This document shows, one piece after another, positions 40,031 to 53,426 of a stretch of DNA of 64,000 nucleotides; within the stretch, counting starts at the first letter, position 1, and each line of letters starts with the position of its first letter. Both the position numbers and the translations under genes were made by a program. Where the stretch lies: positions 5,352,008 to 5,416,007 of the forward strand of contig NW_002060943.1 of the NCBI RefSeq assembly GCF_000150275.1, given 5' to 3'. This DNA comes from Trichoplax adhaerens. Its lineage: Eukaryota; Animalia; Placozoa. The notes below the pieces were generated by a model, which saw nothing but the letters and a program-made list of their open reading frames with translations, was not told where the DNA came from and searched no databases.

Positions 40031-43000
40031 CTAGTTTACAAGATCTGAAGTTGTTGGCAGTTCTTCCTTTTGAGTCTCTGAGGGCTACAATCAGAAAAAG
40101 TAGTAGCTTATTAATTAGTAAGAAGATATTTACTGCACAAAGCTACCAGAGTAAAGTATGAAAATAGTCTTATTTGAAAACGACTATCGGCAATTAGTCG
40201 GTAAATGCGATAGTTAATAATATACTAACTTGCTTATCACTGGCTAAGGACAATAATTTTTCAGCTTTAGCCAACAAAGTTTCTGTAACCTGTATTATAA
40301 AGTTTAATATAGCAAATAAATGCAAGTAGACTAGCGTAGTTGTGCAGATGACATTATTTTGTAATTCCTTCGAAAATACCTGATTTTCGTCCTCAAATTT
40401 GTCTTTCAGCTCTTTCATTTTTGGTAAAGCTGAAGTGAGATTTGCTTTCTATCAAATTCAGAAACAAGTATATTAAGCATTTGTGGTATTTTGATAGTAA
40501 TTGAATGAATACTATTTCACTAACATTAAAATCTTTCGGTAAGTTAGCCTTTTCATCCGATACATCACCGCTTGTTGTAACTATGTAATGATAGAAGCAT
40601 GCATTAATGATATTTATTTATCACTAATCGACTACAATAGAGCTGAACACTTACATTCTAGTTGATCAACTAGTTCCGAAACAATACCAACTCCTATAAG
40701 ATACGCCTAAAATGTCCGTAATTAAAAGTATTACGATATTTAAATTACTACTGGACTGGAATTATAATAAAGAGTTGATAACTTTAATGACAATTACCTT
40801 CTTTGCTAGGTGGCATCTATCCACATCTTTCATGTACTTCCTGAATTGAATAAATAACACATATTGGAAAATGACTCTTGGAGTGTTAGAAAAGGCCTGA
40901 ATTATTATTATTATCGTCATCCTCTGAGGAGAGAATTGATAACACTTACCGTTTATCTTGTGGCTTTTTGTCCAATATACCAGAAAGGGTAAATATCATG
41001 GAGATATCCTTAACTTCAGCTAGAATTTTAAGCAGAAGTAGCAATGATTTATTGATAGCAGCGCAAAATCCTCCTGCTCTGTTGTACGAAAAGTATAAAC
41101 GTAGAGGGTTAAAAAAGACTTAAGAATAAGCTGAGAAATAAGAGTTATTTATTAACGTAATACAAACTAACCTTTCAAAGTCTTCAACGGGGTTTTTATA
41201 CATGGACTGTACCGAAAATAAGTTAGAAGGATTAGTTGTTAAATCCTTTAATACGTATGCATCGAATAGGCGGCGTATTTGTCACTTTTTGACTTTTATA
41301 AAATTTCAATTATTGCATTGTTACAGCCTTACACTAAAAAAATTCGCCTTATTTAGACAGAAAATGCTATATTTTGGAATATTAAATTGGACATCTGTCT
41401 TTGTTGGGAATGCGCTTGAAGTTGATTTACTCCATCCTAGTAACAGTGAACGACACAGAGTGATATCCTGATAAAGTATACATGTTTCATCAGTTAAGGT
41501 TTAACGTTATGCGTAATAAGAACAAAATTTAAAGTATAAACGTAAGTTTCCAAAGCAAACGCCTTTAAAAAGTTTTCTAAGAAGTATATAAAAAAGTGAT
41601 CTGTTTAGTAAAGCAAATTTACCTTATGAACACTGGAATAGAACAGCGTAGAAGCAAGTCGATATACAGACTTGTAACTAAATGAACACCGATCGAGACA
41701 TATACTAATGCCTTTTAAACATAATTCAATATTCTTTAAGCGACGGAGTTCCACTGTTTCGGACTGCTGAGTAAGGCTTACGGATTCATCTAAGCAATCA
41801 GTATTTGTATCTCCCCTTTGATGTTTAACTATAGACGATTGATTGCCGACAGGTGAAGTAATATTGATTTTCTTATCGATTGATTTTCGCCTAGTAATTG
41901 TAGATCTTCTATTAATGGTAGCACGACATGCGTTCTCTACATAATCATGTTCTCTAAGCACACGAATAGCCGATAGATTCTTATCATTATCTCGGGTATC
42001 GTTAGTATCACTGTCTTCTTCCTTTACTCTTTTTCTCGAATGAATAGGGTTTGACTTTGCTGTCTCGTTTTTTGCACTGGTTATCTTCTCTACACGATCT
42101 TGATCAAGCATATTTTTTTCAGAATCTTTACTAGACTTTTCTTCAGCTAAAATAAACGGTAACTTATAAACTTTTGATACGTATTCATCGATCACTTTAT
42201 GTTGTGATTCAGAGTTATTTTCCAAAGCTTTCAGCATCGATGCAAATAATCGATAGTGTATTTCTACAGCTTCTACTGCTAAAAGTTGGCTTGATTGGGA
42301 GTATGTTACTTTCTTCGGATAGTCTGCTTTTTCGTGATGAAGCCGCGAGGCAGCCTAAAGAACGCACACAACACTTAGCTAAGTAAATTATTTTAATATC
42401 GATAACTAGCAGAGCTGATTTAGTGGCTTAATCACAAACCTTCAAGTATAAATCTAAGCTTTTCTTCGGTGGCATCTTCAACTTTTCGTAACATTTACCA
42501 GTCATGTAATACAAGAACCACTTTTCGTCATTGTCACCTGCTAACGATGTTGCTTTCAGGAAACATTTTAAAGCTAATTCAAGCATTTCTTTGTGTTTCT
42601 TAATCATAAATTCGTCATTCTCCGATGTATTAGATGCATACATAGTTCTATATGGCTGCAACAAGAAAGTGAAAAAAAATATTTTATGTGCTGCAATAAA
42701 ATTACATCCGTACGATGCCTTCGTTTAGATTAATAAATGAACCTTACTTCCTTCATCCGCCTTGAGGTATGAGCCTGCATCATATACGCTAAAGATCCAT
42801 ACTGTAATAACGTAACGCCGGTTAAATTAACTTACAAGTAAGAATCCTTCGTTATATTGCAAAACCAAGAAGACCGCCATTTATGATAAATAAAATTTAC
42901 TTTCTCTGCTAGCATACCTCTGTCCAAACTAAACAGTAGGAATCATCGAGACGTGTAGCCTTTTCAAAGCATCTGAGAGATAAAAATCATTGTAGAGATT

Positions 43001-46000
43001 TTAATCAATCATTGACATGCTTTACCGGTAATTATAACTAGGTCATTATCAAATCATTATTGTTCTTCCTTACTTTAAAGCAAATGAACAATGCTTTAAG
43101 AGAGCCTTATCAAATCGATTTTCACGCTAATATTTAATGGTAGGTATATATATAATGATTAGAACAGAATTTATCTTACTGCTTGAGCTAAGTTATGAAT
43201 TTGTAACCATCCCTACGATAGAGTAGTGCATCTGGGAGGGACAAAGCTATTGCGATATATAGCGCATTGCTACAAAAATCAACTATATCTATTTAAAACA
43301 TACATTATTCAGTTTACTTTCTATTCGATGTTTACATGCTAATGCCATTCCTATCCATGAATCAAAATGATTCCAGTTATAGCAAATGTCGTAGGTGTAA
43401 TATTTGATAGCTTTACTGAGAATAGAAATAGAATATTTTAGAAACAGAAAAAATGAATTTGCCACATAATTGTAATAAATACTGTACTTGTATTCGAAAT
43501 TTTTAAAGAAAGAGTCCGCAAGCACGTAATATAGATTTTTTAAGATTGATCTGGAATATACAATGAAGAACGTCTTTGAAAAATTTTGTTTAATTAATAT
43601 TCAGATAACAGCAGTTCCTGATTTTACTAACGTTGGTTGGTTATTATCTACAAGTGATAAGCCATCAGAAAAGGATTCATTATTACCAGATAGGTATTCA
43701 TTAAACCTGAAGGCTACATCCTCTGCGAACGAGATCAAAAAAATTTAATAGCAACATTATACAGCTTTCATTGTGTTAATAAGGTCGAACTTTAGAAAGT
43801 CTTTAGTGTGACAGGTTTAGTCATCCAACAGTGATAATGTAATTAAAATAATGCAACCTTATACTATATATCGAAACAGTTACCGATTTGATCCGTTGTA
43901 GGGACAGTACTTGAAATCGTGAGTAAAATAGGCAGTGACTGAAAAAATTGGTCATTAGTAAATTCTTAAGAAACCTTTATTTCAAGTGATGGTAACAACA
44001 ATGACATACAACAGTACAGTAATGCAATACCTCTAGGGATATAGATTGTGTCTTAGGACTATTGAAATTTGGTAATGGATTCGGTTTTAGAAAATTGAAT
44101 AAAGCAGAGACATTCTCCCATTTGATTTCGACCTAAGCATAGTTAGCACATTTAATTGCTAATTTCTGATATCATAACAAGCTATTATAAACTGCGACTA
44201 AAATACTGTAAATTAAATCATTTCTGCTAAATATATGGGTATAAGTGCTAGACGAATACAAGAATAATTTCTCTGTAATTTTCATGATATAAAAATCTAC
44301 CTGTGGCGATAAGTGCTGTTCAAAGGCTTTTGCCTAACAGTTCAATTTAAGGGAAGAAATTGTAAAATAATTTGCATAGATTTAACAGTTTCATTGTTTA
44401 ATTGTATAGTATATATATTTAAATATGTGAACTTATACTTTAGACTTTTTTCTAGGATGTCCATACAAGCAATAGTAGCATTGCTCTATTTCCTTTTTGA
44501 TGTAGTCCTAGTCACGATGTAAAAGTCGCATTCACAGAGTCAGATTTACATCTTTAATCAAATTTGAATTTTTTCGATTTGAATAGAACCTTTAAATAGT
44601 CGTATTCGTCTAGGAGTTCTGTAAAGGTTTTTTCCGCAAAAAATAGAAACGCTCCGTCATTGCGACAACACCATGATTTTCTATAAGTTTGTTTAATGAA
44701 TTGCACAAATTTTAGGATATGAGAATGCAGAATGCCACAAAATTTTACATAACTTTAAGAAACTAGCGAGTAACTTACTTTCCTAGATATTGATGACTAC
44801 ATTTTAACAGTTGAAAGATGCAAGGTTCAGTAAAAGAATTAGCACTAGCTGTAGAGTCATTACAGTGAGATGCAGAAGGTTCACCCAATTCAGTTTGGTT
44901 TCCGTTGGCAAGATCTAGATTATTTCCAGCTGTGTCGATGTTACCATTCTTGTTTTCGTTTAAATGCCTTTCGCTTTCCATTCTACATTTAAATACATTT
45001 TAGACCGAAATGATTCACATATAACTGAGTAAAGTAAAGGTAAAAAATATTTTATTTGTAAACTTACTGTCTAACAATTGTATTCAAACAGATCCAAGGT
45101 TGCACGTTAACTTCACTCGTATCAACTGAGTCTGTATTCATTACCAAATCAATCATCTGACGGAGATCATTTAATTAGAAACGGAATAGACAGAAATTAT
45201 TATTGTAAAGTAATAGCTAATCTGGCAATTACTTTGTGGATTAATACTTCTATACGAAAGTACCTGAATAATATTTTGAACAAAGCGAACGGTTTTATCC
45301 CATTCTAAAGTTTTTAAACATTTAGGATGTTGATCTAAACAACTATAAAAGTAGACAAGTTTCGTTATGTTTTAGGATATATCAGAACTTGCTAATTGTT
45401 TTAGAATACTCACTCTTGTATTTCATTAAGCAATTGACCAACGATATTTTTCCAAGCAGCACTTGAATTTAATTTAAGTATGATCTCATGCAGAGTCTTT
45501 TCAGCAATCTTAATGTAGCCCTAGTAAGCCAAAATTATTTTAATTAAAAATAGTTCGATCAGCCTAAGTAGTTTATTATAGTACAGAATAGATTCAATTT
45601 CTTTCTCTATTCGATATTACATGCTAGGTGGACCTACATGATAATCTTTCAGTTTCAAGTAGCTCTCGCACAGTAGCATAAAATGAGCGGGTCTCTCAGG
45701 GATGGTATTATCGTATTTTTCAAGTGACTTTAAAAAAATGTATCCATTAACTAGTATAGAATATGTGATTCGTAAAAAAACGTATCAGTTACGGAGAGGC
45801 ATACTTCCTCTTTATTGCCTTCATCATTTAGTCTTAGTTCAAGGATAGCTATAACTTTCTCAAATTCATCTATTTGAAATAGTTGCTGGACCTGACATAA
45901 CGAATAGATCGCATCGATTTTAATAGTGAGTACAATTAAATCACTCGAATGACTGTGCATCCTACTAAATTATTTAATTCGGAACAAGTACTAAGAGATT

Positions 46001-49000
46001 GCATTTAAAAAATAGTTTCTAATGGCATATAGCTTACTTCATCAAATGATTGACAGCGTAGAAGTGATTTAATTTTTTTCGCAACTGTTTCTGTGATAGA
46101 TGTTATTTTAAATTTGTAAGTTTAAAAAGCAATTTATACGTAACAAGTATTTAAGTATCCACCACCAAACCTTGTGATATTTCCCTATCTAGGGTACAGT
46201 TAGTTAATGTTATGCTCCAAGCTTGCTTCGGTGCATCTGAAATATTTTCTTGGCTGCCATTACTAATTATTTGCTGACACTATCACGTACGACGAATAAC
46301 ATTGAATAATTAGTAATTTAATTATAAAATTAATACATAACTTACTAACCTGTTTTAATATATACAGACTAGTATCTATTTGACCTTCGTGCATCATATA
46401 CCTTGCTTGAGCCCACAACACTAATAATAATTTTGCAAGTTAATCCATACTTTTATAGTGATGTATTGCATTTCTGATTTCTTTCATACCTCGCACTGCA
46501 ATTTCCATTCTGTTGTAAAAGCATAACCGATCCGTGAAAACGCAATTCTTAATGAACGTAATATCATTTTGGATACAATCTCCAACACAGGAACGTGGAA
46601 GAGTGACCGGACATTCTGGCAATTTTCTAAGGATAACGATATTATAAAGTTCTTACGGTGTCAGATTTACAAATTGTCATAACATAGAAAAGGTCGTACC
46701 GGTCTTTACGGTATACTTACAAAGGAGTTACTTTGGAAGGTGAATAGTTGTTAGACTTTGCTTTCATACACAGCCATGTATCAAGCTGAAGTTCCAAAAC
46801 TACGAGACATAACTAACCAGTAAAACAACGCATGAATACAACCAGCAGAAAATTTAGGTACAGTAACTTCTTTATTCAATATTCATATATGAAGACAGTA
46901 AGGCCTCACGCTTAGATATATTGTATAATCTTATCATCATACCGTAACTAGCTCTTGGCAGGCTTGCTCGTCTAATTCATCACTGTAATTACAACAACGC
47001 TTATGTATCTGACTTTTATTGGAATTAATGTACGAAAAATCAAATTACCTGAAGATAGACGGTAGTATGATGTGAGGTCTTAATCTGGCGTAAACTTTTA
47101 GTACGATGTCAGTCAGATTTTCTGGCCTACAGAGGTATTTGAAAGGATACTAATATAAGTAATTAGCAATAAAAGGTCCATAAAAAGAGCTTGAAGACAA
47201 TTAATCTAGGTACCATTTCATCGCCCATTTTGTAGTTAATGATATGATAAAATCTTGAAGAATTTGTATGATATTCCTTGATTATAAAAAATCATAAACA
47301 GTGAAGAACTATTTTACTATGTATACGTCACTTTTTCACATTATTATATATTACCTATGATCATTTTGTTTGTGGATAAATTCACGAACGTCAAATGATT
47401 CATCAATCATTTCTGAGTCACCAAGAGTAGACCAGCTTGAACCTGATTAAGAGAATATTTCGTTAGCAAGCGAGATACTACAACAATTTACAGCTGAGAA
47501 GCCTATTGCATTAAAGAATATCATGTCACGAATAGTTCTCTAAGGCAACCTTTCTGTTCTGCTGCAGCTTGTTTCTGTTCGCTTTGACGATTCAAATAGT
47601 TTATGATATTTCATTAGTATTATCATCAGAGCTACTTTGCAATGAAAGAGTTAATAATTTAACCTTCCAGAATTTGTTTTAAGTTCTGCTTGGCTAGCTC
47701 CTTTTGCATCGTAATTCTTATTAATGTCTCTGCACATGAAATACAACATAGCAACTTGAAGTTGACTTTATCAAATTGAATAGTTACAGTAGAATAGTAA
47801 TAATTTACATCTGGAGTGATTTCGGAATAAGGTTGGTTAATTCTTTTATAAAAGCTTGACTTTTTTGATCATCACTAGCGCTGACCGTTCTGACCTAGAA
47901 TGAGTATTAAGTATACGATGTACTGCAGGTAAGCATAGATAGCGATGTATTTGCAGGCGTCTGAATCTCCTGTTAAGTGTCAACAATGAGTCATTACTCG
48001 TTTAGATCGTCTCTTTGGTTCCGGAGTTGATGGCTCTCGAGCTTTCTCAGAGGCTATCCTTTTTCGTTTTCTACCATCAGTATTTGTTTCTTTCGTGGGG
48101 GATTCATTATTATCTATGTAAAATAAAATCATCAATTCTGTTTTTATTTTTAAGTAAAAATACATAAGTAAAACTTACAATCTAAATGCATCAAATATAT
48201 CGTATAAAATATAATAAAACGCAATCTATATTAATCTTAGCAATAGTGTTGCTCGTCCATGTTATATAATAATGTATATCTAATATTAAAAAATTAAAAC
48301 AATTTTAAACACAGTAATACCTTTGCTATTAGATTTTTTTGGTCGTACCATACTTTGCAGATCGATCAATGTCAGCATTGACTATCAGTTTCATAGATTA
48401 CCGAATAAGATGACTATTTATGAGTCACTTCATAATATTGTTTAATCATTAAACTAAAACTAAACCAGACCAAGAGTAGAATTTCTTTTTAAGTATAAGC
48501 TAGAGTTACCGCATCTGGTAAAGATTGCAGGTCGTCGTAAATTTTTATTAAATGCTGTCCAAGATGGTACCAGCTGTTGCAAAGAATATCATAAAGTTAA
48601 GTCAAGAATAAATGTTATCATTTGAAGCTAAAAACCTATATATAATTAACGAGCAAAGTGAGCAATAAAGAAGATAACTTACGTCAGACTAGCTAGAGGC
48701 TTTTTGAGATGAACCGCTTCCGGGAGGGTCATTTCGACAAGTTTCTTATGCTCATTTCGCATTGACAAAGCTTCTTCTATAATCTATTATCACCAAAAGA
48801 TGGTTAAAAAGGAATTGATATCAATATTATCAGGATACTGAATTGATAAAAGGAAGATGAGATTGTTTACCTGTTGTTTATACTCAGGGTCAATCGCCGT
48901 AGAGCTCTCAGAAATTCCTATCCTACAATACATATAAAATCACATGAGATGGTTAATTCCATGCCTATATGTATATACGGTAAATTAAAATATATATAGA

Positions 49001-50821
49001 ATATCTTCCCTTCTGCTTACTTTTGCAAGATATAATTTTGATTTACGTCGGCCAGATATGGGCATTCCTTAAAAATTTGCTCTTTTAAACACCATGCTAG
49101 TAGTAGTAATTTAATTGTGTTAAAACAGCGATCATTAATGAAATATAATAATGCATGAAATTATTTAATCAATTGAAGGTGTAAAGCACCATACCTCTGC
49201 TGTTTGCACAGCTTAATTCCAATGCAATGAATATAAGATTTAAACAATCTGTAAGGGTTATATATAATATTTGTTGAATATCAATACAAATGCATTAATA
49301 CTGCAAACAATATAATATTAAAAATCAGAAATTGTTCTTTCATTATCATTTTAAGGATATCACTTACTGTGATAGTCACCAACAGCAAATAGGAGAGTCA
49401 TCAATTTATCGATGCAAGGCCTGTATGCGGGATTTCGAATTAGTCCCTACCGGTTGGTTATATCACAGAAATACGATATCATTGAAAACAGTTAATTCTA
49501 GAGCAGTAAACAGTTGTTAAAGTTCAGCTTGCTGTATAAAGTAGTTCTAGTAGTTAGTTTAAAGATTACTTGCTGAAAAGCGGTGCGGGCATCAGCGAAT
49601 TTATTTATTTTAATAAAAAGAGAGCCAACATGAGACCATAAGCTAACATCAGTATCATCGATATCTATGGCCTGTTAGTACATAAAATAGTCATTATTTA
49701 ATAAAGGTATATACAGAGTTAACAGTAAACTATAGATACAAGCATACATTGTTGTAGCAGTCAATTGCTGTACTGAAAAACTCTTGTTTTTCCGCAATGC
49801 TACCGAGATTTTTATGTACAGCATATTTGAGTTGAAATGCTGGGTGGATCATTTTGTTGCTTTCAATTGAATGCTTCAAGATCTAAGCCATATATATAGA
49901 TATTATAAAATGGTATCAAATATAAGAACTTTTATAGTTGCAACCGTACAAAAAATAAAACACACCTACTGTAGAAAAAATACAAAGTTTAGCAAATAAT
50001 CCTTTGGTGTTATCAGCAATAATACATTGGCATGCAAGCTTTACTTACATCTTTTATGAAATCAGAATTTAAGACCTGCGTGTAAAGCTTTTTTGCCTCT
50101 TCATAATTTTCCTGCGAGTGAGATTTTAAAGCATCATAATATTTACCTTTGGCCTCAGCTTCCTAGAAGTAGTGTAAAGATATCAATATTACGTTTTAAA
50201 AAATTATCTTTCTGCCAGTAGTTTGTAATCTTTTATATTCATGTAATTTGCAACGTAGAACATCAGTAATAATTATACCATATTACATTGCGAAAATTTT
50301 AGACTATCTATTTTGATAGGTATTGTATTTTACAAAAGCCTATAGCATGGTGAAAACAATTTGTGTACTACATTTCTAATATTACTATCAACTATTCAGT
50401 AGGCAGGCGAGAATGCTGTATGCCATACTATGTCCGTTATTGAGTGCTGGACTATAAAAGGAAAGTTGATATCAATAAACCCAGTAACTTGAGAAAAAGT
50501 TAACAACGTTGGTATACTGTGCTGTAGGTAAAAGGATTATCGATCTAATGATGTTTAATCTTAATGGGAAAGACTGGATCTTTGAAATGTAGCAATTTAA
50601 TAACTATTGTGTATCTTATACACAACCTGATGATGGCTCTGCAAGGAGTACATAAATTAAGTGGTCAGCGTTTAGTTTCATTAATCTAGTTACTATCTTG
50701 TTTAAGTACAATTTCCTATATTATATAAGATAATACACTGTGTTACCTGGGATTCTTTGGTTGCAATCTCGTCGTCACTAGTACCATCCGATGATGTTTC
50801 TTCGATAGCTCGAAATCTACC
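40031..50821 (-). CDS. CABIN1: Calcineurin-binding protein cabin-1 / HIRA-complex subunit (TPR-like, many small exons)
   Basis: [18 protein letters not shown] near the N-terminus; [25 protein letters not shown]; [15 protein letters not shown]; ADYPKKVTY...[17 protein letters not shown]; [16 protein letters not shown]. All are recognisable CABIN1 blocks. The last exon is 40084-40031. The start ATG lies in an upstream exon (candidate ATG|gtatat at 52555-52553, uncertain). Confidence 0.9.
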
Positions 50822-52599
50822 CTAAAATGATAAAAGTACAAAACACCACAATATTTATTTCACTATTTGACTGCATACAGATAAAACATCGTAGGAATAG
50901 TATGTATTAACTAATCTAATATAACGGTTTTATTAGATCTTTATAACGCATTTACCGAAGATACTATATAAACAGTCAACTTCAATTACTTTGATGAAAG
51001 CACGGTATGATCGATGATAATTTATGTAGCAGGGTTTCAGATAATTAAACCATTGAATGAAATGACTGATAATTAACAAGTAGTAAATAAATAAGGAGAA
51101 AGACTTGGAGAATAGGATTTAGCTATCAGCTTACTACTAATTGAAAAGGAAGTGATTATTAATTCTATTATCTCTACAGTATCTGTGGATTATCAATTAG
51201 CATGAGTATACGGGTATATGGAGATAGTACTGTGTACGTACACGAAAGAGTACGTATCTCAAGACAGTATAGTATTGTACTTGTTCATTTTTTCAAATGT
51301 ACATACTGTATCTCGGGATTCAAGTCTTAGCAATGGATTTTTGAGCATGTATAATAAAATTGACATTCCACAGGATTTTAAGCTATCGTAAGGTGGATAT
51401 AGTTGTGGCATTTCCAATTAAGGCATAAATAATTATAATTCATAATGAACTATAAAAGTATTACTATACAACGAATATCGAATTGGTTGACTATTATTTA
51501 CTACAGAATTCAATATGGCTGTCGCAGATTGCAGAACCATTTAATTTGCATGAAGTAGATCTATACCCATATGCTTCTATATCTCTGTCACTGTGCATTC
51601 ATCAGCATTTTTAAACTCCTTATTGAGAAATATTAATTAATGATGTAATAGAGTTACTATACTGTACTGTATTGACGGTGCAGTTATCATGACACTATAA
51701 ACAGTCTACAGTCAATTTAATTTTTACAATTTTATGCAGCAAAGCATTATCGAAGGCATTTTTCGTTATCACTGTAATACAGTAGTGAATACGTATATAG
51801 TAGATTCATTTAAATTCTGAACATGATTTCAAGTCTATCCATTAACCATCATCTGATTATTTAGCAATAAAACTATAGTATGATGCTACTGTACTGAATA
51901 AATTGACCAAGCGATGCAAATGCTATGGTATGATATAGTCATATCGTGGTAGTGGTACTAACGTCATTCAACAACATTGGATGAGCAGTACAGTACAGTA
52001 TGGATCGTGCGATACGGTATTACGCAAAACTATCATTCCAAGTCATTTCTAGCACTTTACTATTAGTCCATTTCGTCTACTCGATGAATGAGAATTTTGC
52101 TAATGACTTTATATTGGGGATATTCATTTCCAATATATTGCTGTTGGTTGGTAAAATTACGCATTTGTCATACGATATAACTACGGGTGCGTTTGTATTG
52201 TTATCACAGAGATCTATCTAGAAGTAAATTCTTTGCAGCGCAGTTGAAACGATGCTGTAAGAATAATAGGATACAATGCTGGCGTGAAATTGAATTTTAC
52301 TAGAATCATTGACAGAATTAACGAAAACATTACAGATAGTCGATATCAATAGCATTGATTGCAAGATCGGAGAGTGAAGAACATTTGCAGCGTTTGATGT
52401 CAGTCAGATTGTTAGAGAAGTGGTAGTCTTAGCACTGCAGTCACTCTACTATTCATTATCATTTGGTAGGTCTTTTTGAATCAACAGTCTGTATGTAAAA
52501 TAGTATTTATTTATGTATAGTAATGATCATTCAATTACAGTAATAGATATACCATTGCTCTTTGATTGATCTCTCCTTGTTTTAATCCGCTTATTGACA

Positions 52600-53400
52600 A
52601 GGTGGCAAGGTTAATGCACAGTGAACCAATTTTTTTTTTCAGAAAAGGTAATAAATGAAAGAGCTTTTGGAAGTAATGAGCAATATCAGAGTATTGCGCT
52701 GTGAACAATTGACTATTACTGTAGTGTATTTATTACTGGCATCATTTTGGCTGACAGTCGTGCTACAGTACAGTACATTGCTACAGTACAGTACATTGCT
52801 ACAGTACTGTACTGTACAGTACTGTACTGTACTGTACTGTATGACCAGAACAGTCAGTCCCCTCTTGATACTGTAGGCAGCAGACGGCACAGTACAGTAC
52901 ACTAGAAATGATTGTTCTGCTTTAATTACAGGACTAGGACAGGCTGGACAGCTAGCAGGACTCTGGTCAAATTGTGTATTTTTGTCCTACTACAGTACTT
53001 CCTGGTTGACACTAATCTCTTGTACTGTACACTGTACACTGTACAGTATCAATGTTGGGACAGCGGTAGTGTGGTGCTAGGTACTGTACTGTACTGTACA
53101 CTGTACAGTACAGTAATCGTCGACTGGCGCCAAAATTCAAGTCCGCTCTAGACTTGAGCAGTTGGCATTGACTGGTTGGTTCATGCCGTACCTAATCACT
53201 ACAGTACAGTACAGTCGTTCAGTGCACAGTGTATTGTACTGTGTGGAAAGTACTGTAGTTCAGTGCACGGTACAGTACTGTAGTGCATTGTACTGTAAAC
53301 AACAGTGTATTGTACTGTGTGGAAAGTACTGTACTCAGCTCAGCAGTCAGGGCACTACTACAGTATACGGCATAGCTAAAACGAGTTGCCATAGCATGCG
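52600..53400. promoter_or_regulatory. Probable bidirectional promoter (CABIN1 / NUP35) with dense ACAGT/ACTGT microsatellite-like runs
   Basis: The two genes are divergent. Runs such as acagtactgtactgtacagtactgtactgtactgtactgt occur at 52801-52840, with further clusters up to ~53365. Confidence 0.6.
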
Positions 53401-53426
53401 AAAAGGAAGCGAATCATCCGGAAAGG

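Noticed and set aside
47141-47150. GTATCCTTT on the minus strand within CABIN1 as a U12 donor
   Set aside because: It lies inside an intron near the acceptor; the in-phase donor is at ~47214.
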